The notes under the pieces: generated by a model
Databases searched by the model: none
What the model was told of the DNA's origin: nothing
What the model saw: the letters and a program-made list of their open reading frames with translations, nothing else
Assembly: GCF_000737315.1 (NCBI RefSeq)
Contig: NZ_JMCB01000006.1
Location: 434,001 to 498,000, forward strand
DNA: 64,000 nucleotides
Reading direction: 5' to 3'
Origin: Hyalangium minutum
GTDB lineage: Bacteria > Myxococcota > Myxococcia > Myxococcales > Myxococcaceae
Part shown: positions 36,787-45,681 of the stretch, one piece after another
How the letters are laid out: each line of letters opens with the position of its first letter
Numbering within the stretch: the first letter of the stretch is position 1
Translations under genes and position numbers: made by a program

Positions 36787-38031
36787 TCAGTGCTCCACCT
36801 TCTTCTTCGGATTGATGGGGATGCGGATCACCTGGCTGAGCGAGGTGCGCGCACCCTCGGCCTTCGCGCGGCGCACCATGAGGGCGGGGAGCTCGGCCAC
36901 GCGGCGCTCCACGGCGAGCCGCAAGTCCGCCAGCCGCTCCAGGTGGCGGCGCGCGGGCACCTCCTCCACGGAGAGCCGCACCAGCTCATGCAGCGCGGCC
37001 TCGGCCTCGTTGAGCGAGCGCCCGGCCCCATCCACATCCCGGCGGGAGAGCGCCTTCCACGCGGCGCCCTCGGCGGCCACCAGGTCCAGCTCCACGCTCA
37101 CCGCGCGGACCAGCCGGCCCTGCGGGCTGTCCGGGAGCACACGGGTGAGCGGCACGGAGGGCAGGCGCGTATCGCCCCGCTCGATGAAGGAGGCGGTGAC
37201 GCCCAGGTTCCACTCGGCGGACGCGAGCCGTCCGGTGAAGAGCGCGCGGCGCAGCGAGGCCTGGGACACGGAGCCGAGCGCCACGCTCATGGCATCGCCC
37301 TCGACGCGGGCGGGGTAGCGGTGGCGGCAGCGCAGCTCGGTGAAGCCCGAGGGCAGCATGTGGACGCGGGCATCCGAGGCCACCTCACCGAACAGCTCGG
37401 TGACGATGCCGGCCACGGTGGTGGGCAGGGCCTCGGCATCATCCGCGTGGGAGAAGCCGGTGCCCGAGGAGGCGGTGAGGGCCTCGAGGATCTCCGGCAT
37501 ATAATGACGGCCCAAGCCGAGCGCGTGCAGCGTGAGCCCGGACTCGGCGACCTTGGAGCCCAGCTGGCGGAAGTCAGAGACAGCGGCCCGGCCCACGGAG
37601 GGCTCGCCATCGGTGAGCAGGAGCAGCTTGGGCCGCGCGCCGGGAACGAGCACCCGGCGGAGCGCGGCGGCGCCCAGGTCCACGGCCTCGTAGAGCGCGG
37701 TCCCCGAGCCCGTCTCGAGGGCGGAGAGGCTCTCGGCAAGCTCGGTCTTGGCGGCGGGCTCCATGGCGCGCACGGGGAGCACCTGCTCGGGCACGCCATC
37801 GAAGGCGAGCAGGCCGATGTAGTCCCGAGGCCCGGCCTGGGCGACGAGGGCCTGCGCGGCCTCGACGGCGGCAACCAGGGGCGCGCCGCGCATGGAGGCC
37901 GAACGATCAATCAACAGGTTGACAGCCACTGGGGCGCGCGGGGCATCTGCATCCGCTTCGAGGGTGACGAGGACGGAGACCTCTCTGCCCTGCTCGTTGT
38001 CGCGCTCCACCGCCCAGGCCGTCAGCTTCAT
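36787..38031 (-). CDS. von Willebrand factor A domain protein
   Basis: MIDAS residues DRSAS, GSGTAL, LLTDG; typical YfbK-like VWA. Confidence 0.88.
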   Translation of the reverse strand: MKLTAWAVERDNEQGREVSVLVTLEADADAPRAPVAVNLLIDRSASMRGAPLVAAVEAAQALVAQAGPRDYIGLLAFDGVPEQVLPVRAMEPAAKTELAESLSALETGSGTALYEAVDLGAAALRRVLVPGARPKLLLLTDGEPSVGRAAVSDFRQLGSKVAESGLTLHALGLGRHYMPEILEALTASSGTGFSHADDAEALPTTVAGIVTELFGEVASDARVHMLPSGFTELRCRHRYPARVEGDAMSVALGSVSQASLRRALFTGRLASAEWNLGVTASFIERGDTRLPSVPLTRVLPDSPQGRLVRAVSVELDLVAAEGAAWKALSRRDVDGAGRSLNEAEAALHELVRLSVEEVPARRHLERLADLRLAVERRVAELPALMVRRAKAEGARTSLSQVIRIPINPKKKVEH

Positions 38032-38115
38032 GCAGTTCCCTCACCGGATGGAGCCTATTGTGCCCCGTTCAGTAATAACGAGGACGGCAGGAGTGCTCGG
38101 CGCGTCTCACGCTCG

Positions 38116-38251
38116 TGCCCAACCCAAGGATTCCGAGAGGTTGCAAACTCTGGTGACGAACCGGGGAACCCCCTGGGGAGCTGCGACCCGGCAACACCGG
38201 CCTACCTGAACGACATCGGGAGCCCCCGCGCTGCCGGAAGCCGCGGGGGCA
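38116..38251 (+). ncRNA. Candidate structured RNA with partial ZMP/ZTP (pfl) riboswitch-like architecture
   Basis: GGTTGCA/TGCGACC stem, GGGG-AAC-CCCC stem followed by TGGGGAGC, possible GGTG/TACC pseudoknot, 9-bp GC hairpin at 38222-38250; P3 does not fit. Confidence 0.25.
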
Positions 38252-38258
38252 CTCGACA

Positions 38259-38420
38259 CTATTCGGGATCCCAACCGCCCCACGACTCTTCACTGTAGGT
38301 CCACTGGCGGCCGCCTGCGGTGACGGTCACCGGTTGAACCCCCTCGTTCTCGCCATCGTCTCCGAGGACAACGAAGCCCATGCCATCGTCGTCGAGATAC
38401 GTCGTGTCGTCGTGCCTCAT
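38259..38420 (-). CDS. Small acidic protein (53 aa)
   Basis: GGAGGT five nt before ATG 38420; MRHDDTTYLDDDGMGFVVLGDDG...WGGWDPE; strong hairpin right after the stop. Confidence 0.5.
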   Translation of the reverse strand: MRHDDTTYLDDDGMGFVVLGDDGENEGVQPVTVTAGGRQWTYSEESWGGWDPE

Positions 38421-38674
38421 GCTGCACCTCCGGGCGCTCCGCGACGGCATGCTGGGTAGACGGTGGAGACCACTCGCCCCCCTGCGGACGCCCCCCTGGT
38501 TCGGTCCACGGGGACCCGCCCCATGCGGTGCCCCCCCAACGCGTTGACCGATTTACCGGTAGGGTGGGCACGTGCTTCGGACGTGTAAACCCGTTGAGGT
38601 GCTCGGCTCCCTGGCACGTCGGGCAGCGCACGGCCGCTCGGCTGCTCCCGTCCGATGCTGGATGCTGAGGTGCT

Positions 38675-40039
38675 TCAGCAGCCGCAGTCGCAGTTGGGCA
38701 GGAAGCTCGTGGCCATCGGCGTGCCGTCCTCGCGCACGAGGGCCATCCGCTGGGAGTCCGATGGAGCCCGCGTGAGCAGCTCCACGGTCCCATCTCCCTC
38801 CAGGTCCATCACCGAGACGACGCTCTCGCCGTTGACGTTGGCCAAGAACGCCCCCTGGCCTTCCTCGCTCACGGCCCGCACGCGGGAGACCGAGGCCCCA
38901 TAGTCCGGCCCTCCACATTCGGTGTGCCCCTCGCCCGTGAGGAACCGGGCAATGGACACCACGAACCGGCGGGGGCCCACGGTGGCCGAGGTCTGCACCC
39001 AGGACTCCCGCAGGGGCTCGCCCTGCGCCTTCGCATGGGTCTCTCCCTGCTCGCGGGCCTGGGTGTAGTCGGGCAGGGACTTGAGGGCCGCTTCCTCTGA
39101 GGCCTTCAGCGGCGCGGGCAGCTCGCTCTGCAGCGGGAAGTACTTCGGGGCGGGCCGGCTCGCCGGGAGGACGAAGACGGGCGACTCCATGTTCATGGCG
39201 CGCGTGCCCACGAGCGAACAGTCCAGCTCAGCCACGGGCCAGGCGTTGCCACAGCCGGGTGCATCCGGCTCCTCGGCCTGCTGGAAGTACCCGAAGTGAG
39301 GAATGCCCCGGTTGAGCGAAGCAAACCCCTTCACGCGGCAGCCGGACTTCACCAGCCCTTGCTTGTCGTAGACGTTGAAGGCGTCCCCGGCTTTGAAGGT
39401 GCCCGTAGGGTCCTTGGGGAGCGAGGCCATCCAGAAGCCTCGGTCGCCGCCCTGCGGGCGCAGCGCCGCGCCGGGAGTGTCCTGGGGCTCGCTGGAGAGG
39501 AGCACGAAGGTCCGAGGGCCGCGCAAGTCCACGAAGCGGGGATCCGCGGCCGTGTCCGGTCGCGCCGCTGCCGCGGCCTGGAGCTGGGCCTGCTCGCGGC
39601 AATCCGCCTCGCGCTGCTCCCGGTCCTCCGCGAGCGCCCCCGAGTTCTTCAGGTAGTTCTTCACACCCGCGCCATCCAGCTTCCGGGCGAGGGCCAGCGC
39701 CGAGTCCTTGTCCGCGAAGGCTCCGGCGATGACCACCTCGAGACAGGGGCGCAGGGAGGAGAACGGCGTGGAGGACAGCCGCTGCACCTCCGCGGCGAGC
39801 CCAGCGGTTCGGATCTTCTCCACGAGTTCCTGACCCTCACCGGGAGTAGGAGAGGAGTGGACGATGACGAGGTACTTCCTGGCGAAGCGGGCCTCGGGAG
39901 GCTCGGGAGCGGCGGGGCGCGGGGCCTCAGCCTTAGGAGCCGGCGCGGGAGCCGGCGCGGGAGCGGAGCTTCCACACCCCTTCACCGAGCCGCAGCCCGC
40001 CAGGAGGATGAACGCGAACGAGGAAACCCAGGAGCGCAT
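38675..40039 (-). CDS. Hypothetical lipoprotein with SPOR-like domain
   Basis: Lipobox LLAGC, PAPAPA linker, V.AGAFADKDSALALARKL (SPOR-like), C-terminal VMDLEGDGTVELL and CDCGC. Confidence 0.7.
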   Translation of the reverse strand: MRSWVSSFAFILLAGCGSVKGCGSSAPAPAPAPAPKAEAPRPAAPEPPEARFARKYLVIVHSSPTPGEGQELVEKIRTAGLAAEVQRLSSTPFSSLRPCLEVVIAGAFADKDSALALARKLDGAGVKNYLKNSGALAEDREQREADCREQAQLQAAAAARPDTAADPRFVDLRGPRTFVLLSSEPQDTPGAALRPQGGDRGFWMASLPKDPTGTFKAGDAFNVYDKQGLVKSGCRVKGFASLNRGIPHFGYFQQAEEPDAPGCGNAWPVAELDCSLVGTRAMNMESPVFVLPASRPAPKYFPLQSELPAPLKASEEAALKSLPDYTQAREQGETHAKAQGEPLRESWVQTSATVGPRRFVVSIARFLTGEGHTECGGPDYGASVSRVRAVSEEGQGAFLANVNGESVVSVMDLEGDGTVELLTRAPSDSQRMALVREDGTPMATSFLPNCDCGC

Positions 40040-40255
40040 GGCGCCGCCCTGCTTAGCACGAGGCCTGGGCCGCTCCGTGCCGGGTAGCCAACGGTTGCCC
40101 CAGGGGCAGGCACACGCCCAGAACGGGCTTCGTTCACCCGAGGCACCTCCGCGCTTGATTCGCGAATCAACCTTGTTAGGTTTGAACTCCCGTGCTTGCC
40201 GCGATGCGGCAAGCAGGACACCCGCCGCTCCGGCTGCCACGCGTACCGAGACCCT

Positions 40256-42418
40256 ATGAGCCCCATCATCACAGGCCTGCTCATCGTCGTCGCTGTCTCC
40301 TTCTTCATCATGACCATGTCGGGGCGCACAGGCGTCCTGCTGGGCTTGAAGGGGGAGAACCGGCTGGACAACATCCCCTTCCGCATCAATGCGCTGCTGC
40401 GCTTCGGCCTCGGCCAGAAGCGCATGGTGGATCCGGAGGAGTTCACGCCGGGAATGATGCACGTGTTCATCTTCGCGGCGTTCCTGGTGCTGCAGGTGCG
40501 CAGCCTCATGCTGTTCAGCATGGGCTTCAGCGAGTCGGCGCTGGTGCTCTTCTCGGACCTGTCGCACCCGTTCTGGCTGGAGAACCCGGGGGTGCTCGGC
40601 GCGTACCGGGCGTACCTGCTGGTGAAGGACGTGGTGGCGGCGCTGGCGGTGCTGGGCGTGCTGTACTTCTGCTTCCTGCGCGCCAAGGTGAAGCCGGACC
40701 GCATGACGCCGTCGTGGGAGGCCTACCTCATCCTGGGCTTCATCGGCGGGCTGATGGTGACGGAGTTCCTGTTCGGCGGCAGCCACATGGTGGAGCAGAA
40801 CGGCGGCTTCGTGTGGTGGGAGCCCGTCACCAGCACGGTGGGCCTGGGCATGAATGCGCTGGGCCACACGGGTGCCTACGTGCTGGGCCGCATCGGCTTC
40901 TGGATGCACCTGAGCATCATCCTGGCGTTCCTGAACTTCCTGCCGCTGGGCAAGCACTTCCACATCATCACCGGCCTGCCGAACGTCTTCTTCCAGCGCA
41001 CGCGCGCCAGCGGGAAGCTCGGCACGCCGAACCTGGAGAAGGAGGAGTTCGGCACCGCCACGGTGAAGGACCTGACGTGGAAGCAGGGCCTGGACTTGTA
41101 CTCCTGCACCGAGTGCGGCCGCTGCCAGACGCACTGCCCCACGTACATCACCGGCAAGCCGCTGACGCACAAGGGAGTGAACCAGGACCTGAAGCACTGG
41201 ATCTGGGACCACGAGCAGTGGGTGGAGGAGGGCTACAGCGCGAGCGGCGTGAAGGAGCCGCTGCCTGAAATCATCGGCTCGGCGCTGAAGGCGGAGACGG
41301 TGTGGGCGTGTACGAGCTGCGGCTGGTGCGAGACGGCGTGCCCGGTGTTCATCGAGAACATTCCGCGCCTCATCGACATGCGCCGCTACCAGGTGCAGGT
41401 GAAGGCGGAGTTCCCGCAGGAAATCCAGCGCGTCTTCGAGGGCATCGAGCGCCAGGGCAACCCGTGGGGCATCGGCCAGGACCGGCGTGATGAGTGGGCC
41501 GAGGATCTGCACCTGCCCACATGGGGCGACGGCGGCGGCCCGTACGAGTACCTGTTCTTCGTGGGCTGCGCGGGCAGCTACGACGACAAGCAGAAGAAGG
41601 TGAGCCGGTCGCTGGTGAAGATTCTGCGCGAGGCGGGGGTGAGCTTCGCGACGCTGTCCAAGCAGGAGATGTGCAACGGCGAGACGGCGCGCCGCATGGG
41701 CAACGAGTACCTGTACCAGACGATGGCGAAGATGAACGTGGAGGCGTGGAACGGCCTGGGCGTGAAGGCCGTGATTACCCAGTGCCCCCACTGCTTCAAC
41801 ACCATCAAGAACGAGTACCCGGAGTTCGGCGGCGAGTACCGCGTCATCAGCCACACGGAGCTCATCAACGAGCTGCTGAAGGACAAGCGCATCAAGCTGT
41901 CTCAGGTGATGAACACGAAGCTGACGTACCACGACCCGTGCTACCTGGGCCGGCACAACGGGGTGTACGATGCGCCGCGCGAGGTGCTCAAGGCCATCCC
42001 AGGCCTGGAAGTGGTGGAGATGCAGCGCAGCAAGCGCGAGGGCTTCTGCTGCGGCGCGGGCGGCGGGCGCATGTGGATGGAGGAGCACATCGGCACGCGC
42101 ATCAACCACAACCGCGTGAACGAGGCCGCGCTGACGCTCCAGCATGCCTCGAACCCGAGCACTCCGTTCCCGGATGCCACGGACAAGCAGAAGCCGGGCA
42201 TGGTGGGCGACTACAAGGAGAAGGGGGGCTCGGGCGTGGTGGCAGTGGCCTGCCCGTTCTGCTCGACGATGCTCCGCGACGGGGTGAACGACACGGGCCG
42301 CGAGGAGAACATCAAGGTCAAGGACATCGCCGAGCTGGTGGCCGACGCCATGGAGACGAAGCCGGGCGGGGCCGCCACGGTGACGCCGGGCCCAGCGGTG
42401 CACGCCAAGCCCGAGTAG
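40256..42418 (+). CDS. Membrane Fe-S oxidoreductase, FadF/HdrD/GlpC-like
   Basis: N-terminal TM domain, CTECGRCQTHCP and CTSCGWCETACP, cysteine-rich CCG domains (YHDPCYLGRHN, CCGAGGG, ACPFC). Confidence 0.92.
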   Translation: MSPIITGLLIVVAVSFFIMTMSGRTGVLLGLKGENRLDNIPFRINALLRFGLGQKRMVDPEEFTPGMMHVFIFAAFLVLQVRSLMLFSMGFSESALVLFSDLSHPFWLENPGVLGAYRAYLLVKDVVAALAVLGVLYFCFLRAKVKPDRMTPSWEAYLILGFIGGLMVTEFLFGGSHMVEQNGGFVWWEPVTSTVGLGMNALGHTGAYVLGRIGFWMHLSIILAFLNFLPLGKHFHIITGLPNVFFQRTRASGKLGTPNLEKEEFGTATVKDLTWKQGLDLYSCTECGRCQTHCPTYITGKPLTHKGVNQDLKHWIWDHEQWVEEGYSASGVKEPLPEIIGSALKAETVWACTSCGWCETACPVFIENIPRLIDMRRYQVQVKAEFPQEIQRVFEGIERQGNPWGIGQDRRDEWAEDLHLPTWGDGGGPYEYLFFVGCAGSYDDKQKKVSRSLVKILREAGVSFATLSKQEMCNGETARRMGNEYLYQTMAKMNVEAWNGLGVKAVITQCPHCFNTIKNEYPEFGGEYRVISHTELINELLKDKRIKLSQVMNTKLTYHDPCYLGRHNGVYDAPREVLKAIPGLEVVEMQRSKREGFCCGAGGGRMWMEEHIGTRINHNRVNEAALTLQHASNPSTPFPDATDKQKPGMVGDYKEKGGSGVVAVACPFCSTMLRDGVNDTGREENIKVKDIAELVADAMETKPGGAATVTPGPAVHAKPE

Positions 42419-42442
42419 TGCTGCAGACTCACCGGGCTGGAG

Positions 42443-43057
42443 CTACTGCTTCTCCAGCTCGGTGATGCGGGCCTCGATGGCCTGGGCCTTGGCCTCGTCC
42501 AGGTACTGGAGCAGCTTCCACTCCAGCTCGCCGTCCCGGCTGAAGCTGCGGGTCATCTGCGCGGGCGCCCGGGTGAGGGGCGTGTGGTCCGCCGAGGTTC
42601 CGAGGAACTGGTTGAGCTTGATGGGGTCCTCGGCGAACGGGGAGGCGTCTCCCGCGCCACCCACCGTGATGCTGCTCGCCAGGGAGTTCTCACGCGCGCT
42701 CATGGCTCCCTTGTCCCCCGTGAAGATCGACTGCCGGAAGATGCGCACGAAGCAGCTGTTGCTGTCGACGCGGTAGCCCTCGGCGTAGATGCGCGACGAG
42801 GAGCTGACCACGCGCGAGTCCATGGTGTCGTTGCGCCACTCGGAGACGAGGATGAACGCGTCTCCGCCCTTGCGAGGCGGGTAGCCCGACGCCGCCACGA
42901 GGCTGACCACCTGCGGCCACACCTTCTCGATGGGCTGCGCGTACACATGCCGGTGCGCCTGCTCGTAGAGCGCCTGGCGATGACGCTCCGAGGCACAGCC
43001 ACTCAGGGCCACCATGACGCTCAGCGTCAGGCCCCAACGAACGACACAGGAACTCAT
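42443..43057 (-). CDS. Hypothetical lipoprotein
   Basis: Lipobox LSGC; myxobacterial-type HVYAQPIEKVWP. Confidence 0.7.
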   Translation of the reverse strand: MSSCVVRWGLTLSVMVALSGCASERHRQALYEQAHRHVYAQPIEKVWPQVVSLVAASGYPPRKGGDAFILVSEWRNDTMDSRVVSSSSRIYAEGYRVDSNSCFVRIFRQSIFTGDKGAMSARENSLASSITVGGAGDASPFAEDPIKLNQFLGTSADHTPLTRAPAQMTRSFSRDGELEWKLLQYLDEAKAQAIEARITELEKQ

Positions 43058-43205
43058 GGCGACTCCCTCCAGAACCCAGGTTCAGGGGCGTGCCTGTCAG
43101 CTCCATCCGGTTGAAGCCCGCCAGCCCCCAGCACGGCGAGAACGCACCGGGGTGGCGGATATATCGAGCCGCTCCAGCGCCCGGTGCGGACGGTGCGAGC
43201 CCGCG

Positions 43206-43700
43206 CTACTTGCGATTCTTCTCCGCGCGGAACAGCCGGGCCAGCCGCTGGGTGGGACCGTCGTCTCCGAGCTTGCTGGACACCTTGGCGCCCACCTCGG
43301 CGAGCTTGCGGCGCCGCTCGCTGTTCAGGAAGCCCTCGTCCTTCTTGGGCTCGGGGGGAGGCCCGGGGGCCACCTCGAAGGGGTTGCTGCCGGAGTTCCG
43401 CAGCAGCTGCTGGGCGAGGTCGCGCTCGTCCTCGCGCGCGTGGGGCATGAGCAGCTTGACCACTCCCGGGTGGCCATGGGCGGCGGCGATCACCAGGGCC
43501 GTCTCGCCCACGTCGTCGGTGAGGATGGGCTCGGCGCCGCTGGCCAGCAGGGAGCGAACGATGCGCTCGTTGCCTGCCTCGGCGGCCATCATCAGGGGCG
43601 TACGGCCGCGGTCGCCCAGGGGATTGGGGTCCTCCCCCGCGTCGAGCAGCGCCTCCACGCGGGCGGCATCACCGGCCATCACGGCATCGAAGAGGGACAT
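43206..43700 (-). CDS. Ankyrin repeat protein
   Basis: GRTPLMMAAEAG, GETALVIAAAHGHPGVVKLL. Confidence 0.9.
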   Translation of the reverse strand: MSLFDAVMAGDAARVEALLDAGEDPNPLGDRGRTPLMMAAEAGNERIVRSLLASGAEPILTDDVGETALVIAAAHGHPGVVKLLMPHAREDERDLAQQLLRNSGSNPFEVAPGPPPEPKKDEGFLNSERRRKLAEVGAKVSSKLGDDGPTQRLARLFRAEKNRK

Positions 43701-43768
43701 CAGCTACCTCCGGGCCGGAGCATCGCGCCTTCTCCCACCGGGCGCCAGGGCCCGGTGCGCCTGCCTGT

Positions 43769-44734
43769 CTACTGCCCGCCGTAGTCCGGCTCGCCCGCGC
43801 TGGGGATCAGCAGCGTGCCGCCACCCAGCGTCGTGGTGGGGAGCGTGACGCTGTAGATGTTCTGCCCGCCACCCGCGGTGGAGAGGAAGCCCACCTGGGT
43901 GGTGCTCATCCAGCTGGGGAAGGTGTCCTGCGCGCCCGGCTCACCCTGGTGGTCCGTCACCTTGGTGGGCGCGCTGTAGGGGCTCAGCGGCCCCACGAAG
44001 ATGCGCGAGCCGCCCGAGGACAGGCGCCCATCCAGCGCGAACTGCTGGCCATTCGGAGAGACCACGGCGCGGTTGAGGACCCACAGCACCTCGTTGCCCA
44101 GGTTGTTGGCAATCACCGTGACGGTGCCGGTGAGGCTCACTCGTGAGAGCTGGCTGAGCTGGTTGCTGGTGGAGCCCGAGGGCGCCAGCACACTCTGCCC
44201 ATCCGGGAAGAACGAGGGCGCACCGAAGGAGGTGCTGGGCTGCTTGGTGAGCGCCTGGAAGCCGCTGCCGTCCGTGTTCACCTTGCCCAGCGCGAAGTTG
44301 CCCGCGCCGTTGTTGAACGCGAAGACGATGACGGTGCCCGTGGGGTTGAAGGTGGGGTAGCGGAAGTTGGTGCATCCCCCGCATCCGGTTCCGGAGGCGA
44401 GCACCGTGGAGGGCTGGCCGGTGCCCGTCGTGGCCACCGTGCGCAGTTCGAAGCCGGAGCCCGTCTGCTGCACGTAGACGACGCTGCGCCCGCTGCGCGC
44501 CACCGCGGGGTTGGAGGCCCCACCGCCAGTGGTGAGCCGCTTCGGGCTGTTGGCGTCGCCCTTGTCGTCCACCACGTAGACGTTGCGGTCCTCGCGCACG
44601 AAGACGAAGCCCTTGGTGAACAGCACGTTCCCGCCGCCGCCGCCGCCACCGCCGTCATCGATATCGATGGGCTCACACGCCGCGAGGCCCGCGACCAGCA
44701 CCAGCGCGCCGACAATCCGACTCATGCGCTTCAT
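43769..44734 (-). CDS. TolB-like / PD40 beta-propeller lipoprotein
   Basis: Lipobox LAAC, poly-Gly linker, repeated P.FNPTG / PSFFPDG / SPNG motifs. Confidence 0.8.
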   Translation of the reverse strand: MKRMSRIVGALVLVAGLAACEPIDIDDGGGGGGGGNVLFTKGFVFVREDRNVYVVDDKGDANSPKRLTTGGGASNPAVARSGRSVVYVQQTGSGFELRTVATTGTGQPSTVLASGTGCGGCTNFRYPTFNPTGTVIVFAFNNGAGNFALGKVNTDGSGFQALTKQPSTSFGAPSFFPDGQSVLAPSGSTSNQLSQLSRVSLTGTVTVIANNLGNEVLWVLNRAVVSPNGQQFALDGRLSSGGSRIFVGPLSPYSAPTKVTDHQGEPGAQDTFPSWMSTTQVGFLSTAGGGQNIYSVTLPTTTLGGGTLLIPSAGEPDYGGQ

Positions 44735-44830
44735 AGGCTCCCTGTTCCACTCATTGCGTAGGCGCCCACACTCTGGGCACACGTCCCTTGGACGTCAACG
44801 CGCGCGTGGCATTCACTGCCGCAGGAAAAC

Positions 44831-45358
44831 CTACCGGCGAAGCTTGGCCAGCTCGTTGCGGCAGGGATTGCACAGTCCCTGCTGCTTGCGATCGATGTCC
44901 CCGGGAGATTGGGCGAGGAACATCACGCAGCGGGAGTCCTCGCAGTAGGACAGGCCCAGCAAGTGCCCCACCTGATTCACGGCCTCCACCTGCACGCGCC
45001 GCCGGAGCTGGTCCGCGCTCACGCCGGCACGCAGCTTCGCGGTGCTCACCACGGCGGCATGGGCCTCGCGGTCTGCCTCACCGAACACGAAGGGCGAGTC
45101 CGGCACGAATAAATCCACATCCGTGACGCCGAGCACCATGGCCTGGCCAGGCTCCAGCAGCGTCACCAGCCGGCGCAGGATGGCGTTGCAGTGGTACTGG
45201 GCGCGGTCCTTGTTGAAGGCGTAGTCCGGGCGGGACAGGACGGCCTTGCTCACCACGGCCGAGAGGCCCAGGTGGGTGGCGAGCGGCTCCTCGAGATCCT
45301 TCAGCAGCGTGGGGGGCGGTCCGCCCAGGGAGGCCAGGAGGAGGAGCTTCTGGGGCAT
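44831..45358 (-). CDS. Archaemetzincin-like protein with degenerate zinc-protease motif
   Basis: AFNKDRAQY, VDLFVP..PFVFGEA, EAVNQVGHLLGLSYC in place of HELGH..GL.HC; structural Cys (C..RCVM, LCNPC) kept. Confidence 0.85.
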   Translation of the reverse strand: MPQKLLLLASLGGPPPTLLKDLEEPLATHLGLSAVVSKAVLSRPDYAFNKDRAQYHCNAILRRLVTLLEPGQAMVLGVTDVDLFVPDSPFVFGEADREAHAAVVSTAKLRAGVSADQLRRRVQVEAVNQVGHLLGLSYCEDSRCVMFLAQSPGDIDRKQQGLCNPCRNELAKLRR

Positions 45359-45421
45359 CCGCACCACCGTCCTTTGCGCGCATCACCGGTGGCGGAGACA
45401 CACCATCCGAGAGCGAGGTGA

Positions 45422-45492
45422 CTGGGGCGCAAGGATTCGAACCTTGATACTCAGAGTCAAAGTCTGATGTCCTGCCATTAGACGACGCCCCA
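45422..45492 (-). tRNA. tRNA-Gln: tRNA-Gln (anticodon UUG)
   Basis: TGGGGCG acceptor, D loop TAATGGCA, TCAGA-CTTTGAC-TCTGA anticodon arm, CAAGG-TTCGAAT-CCTTG T arm; CCA not encoded. Confidence 0.96.
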
Positions 45493-45681
45493 GCAAGTTT
45501 GCGTTGTCCGGGGTGGATTGTAGGCCATCCTCGGGAACGCGGAAACTTCTCTCGCAAAGGATCAACACGAACGGAGGGTGTGGGGACTGACCGTGCGCCT
45601 ACACGGGGCGTTCAATGGAGCACACCCCACCCCCTCCCGAGCGGGCAGCCAGGCTCGCTGGCTGCCCCGGCCCGGCCCCTT

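Noticed and set aside
38158-38180. c-di-AMP (ydaO) riboswitch (GAACCGGGGAACC...TGGGG)
   Set aside because: Lacks the GCUGAAUC 5' element and the CCGAACCCGUCAGCUAACC 3' element.
38116-38260. 6S RNA, Pxr or retron msr-msd
   Set aside because: No long rod with a central bubble, no resemblance to the Pxr or msDNA sequences as I recall them, and no reverse transcriptase nearby.
38612-38627. Sigma54 promoter TGGCACGTCGGGCAGC
   Set aside because: GC is one base off the required spacing and there is no plus-strand gene downstream.
39940-39966. 12-bp tandem repeat GAGCCGGCGCGG
   Set aside because: Simply encodes the PAPAPA linker; not CRISPR or VNTR-like.
45422-45492. tRNA-Gln as the att site of an integrated element
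   Set aside because: No duplicated tRNA-Gln 3' end and no integrase found in the window by eye.
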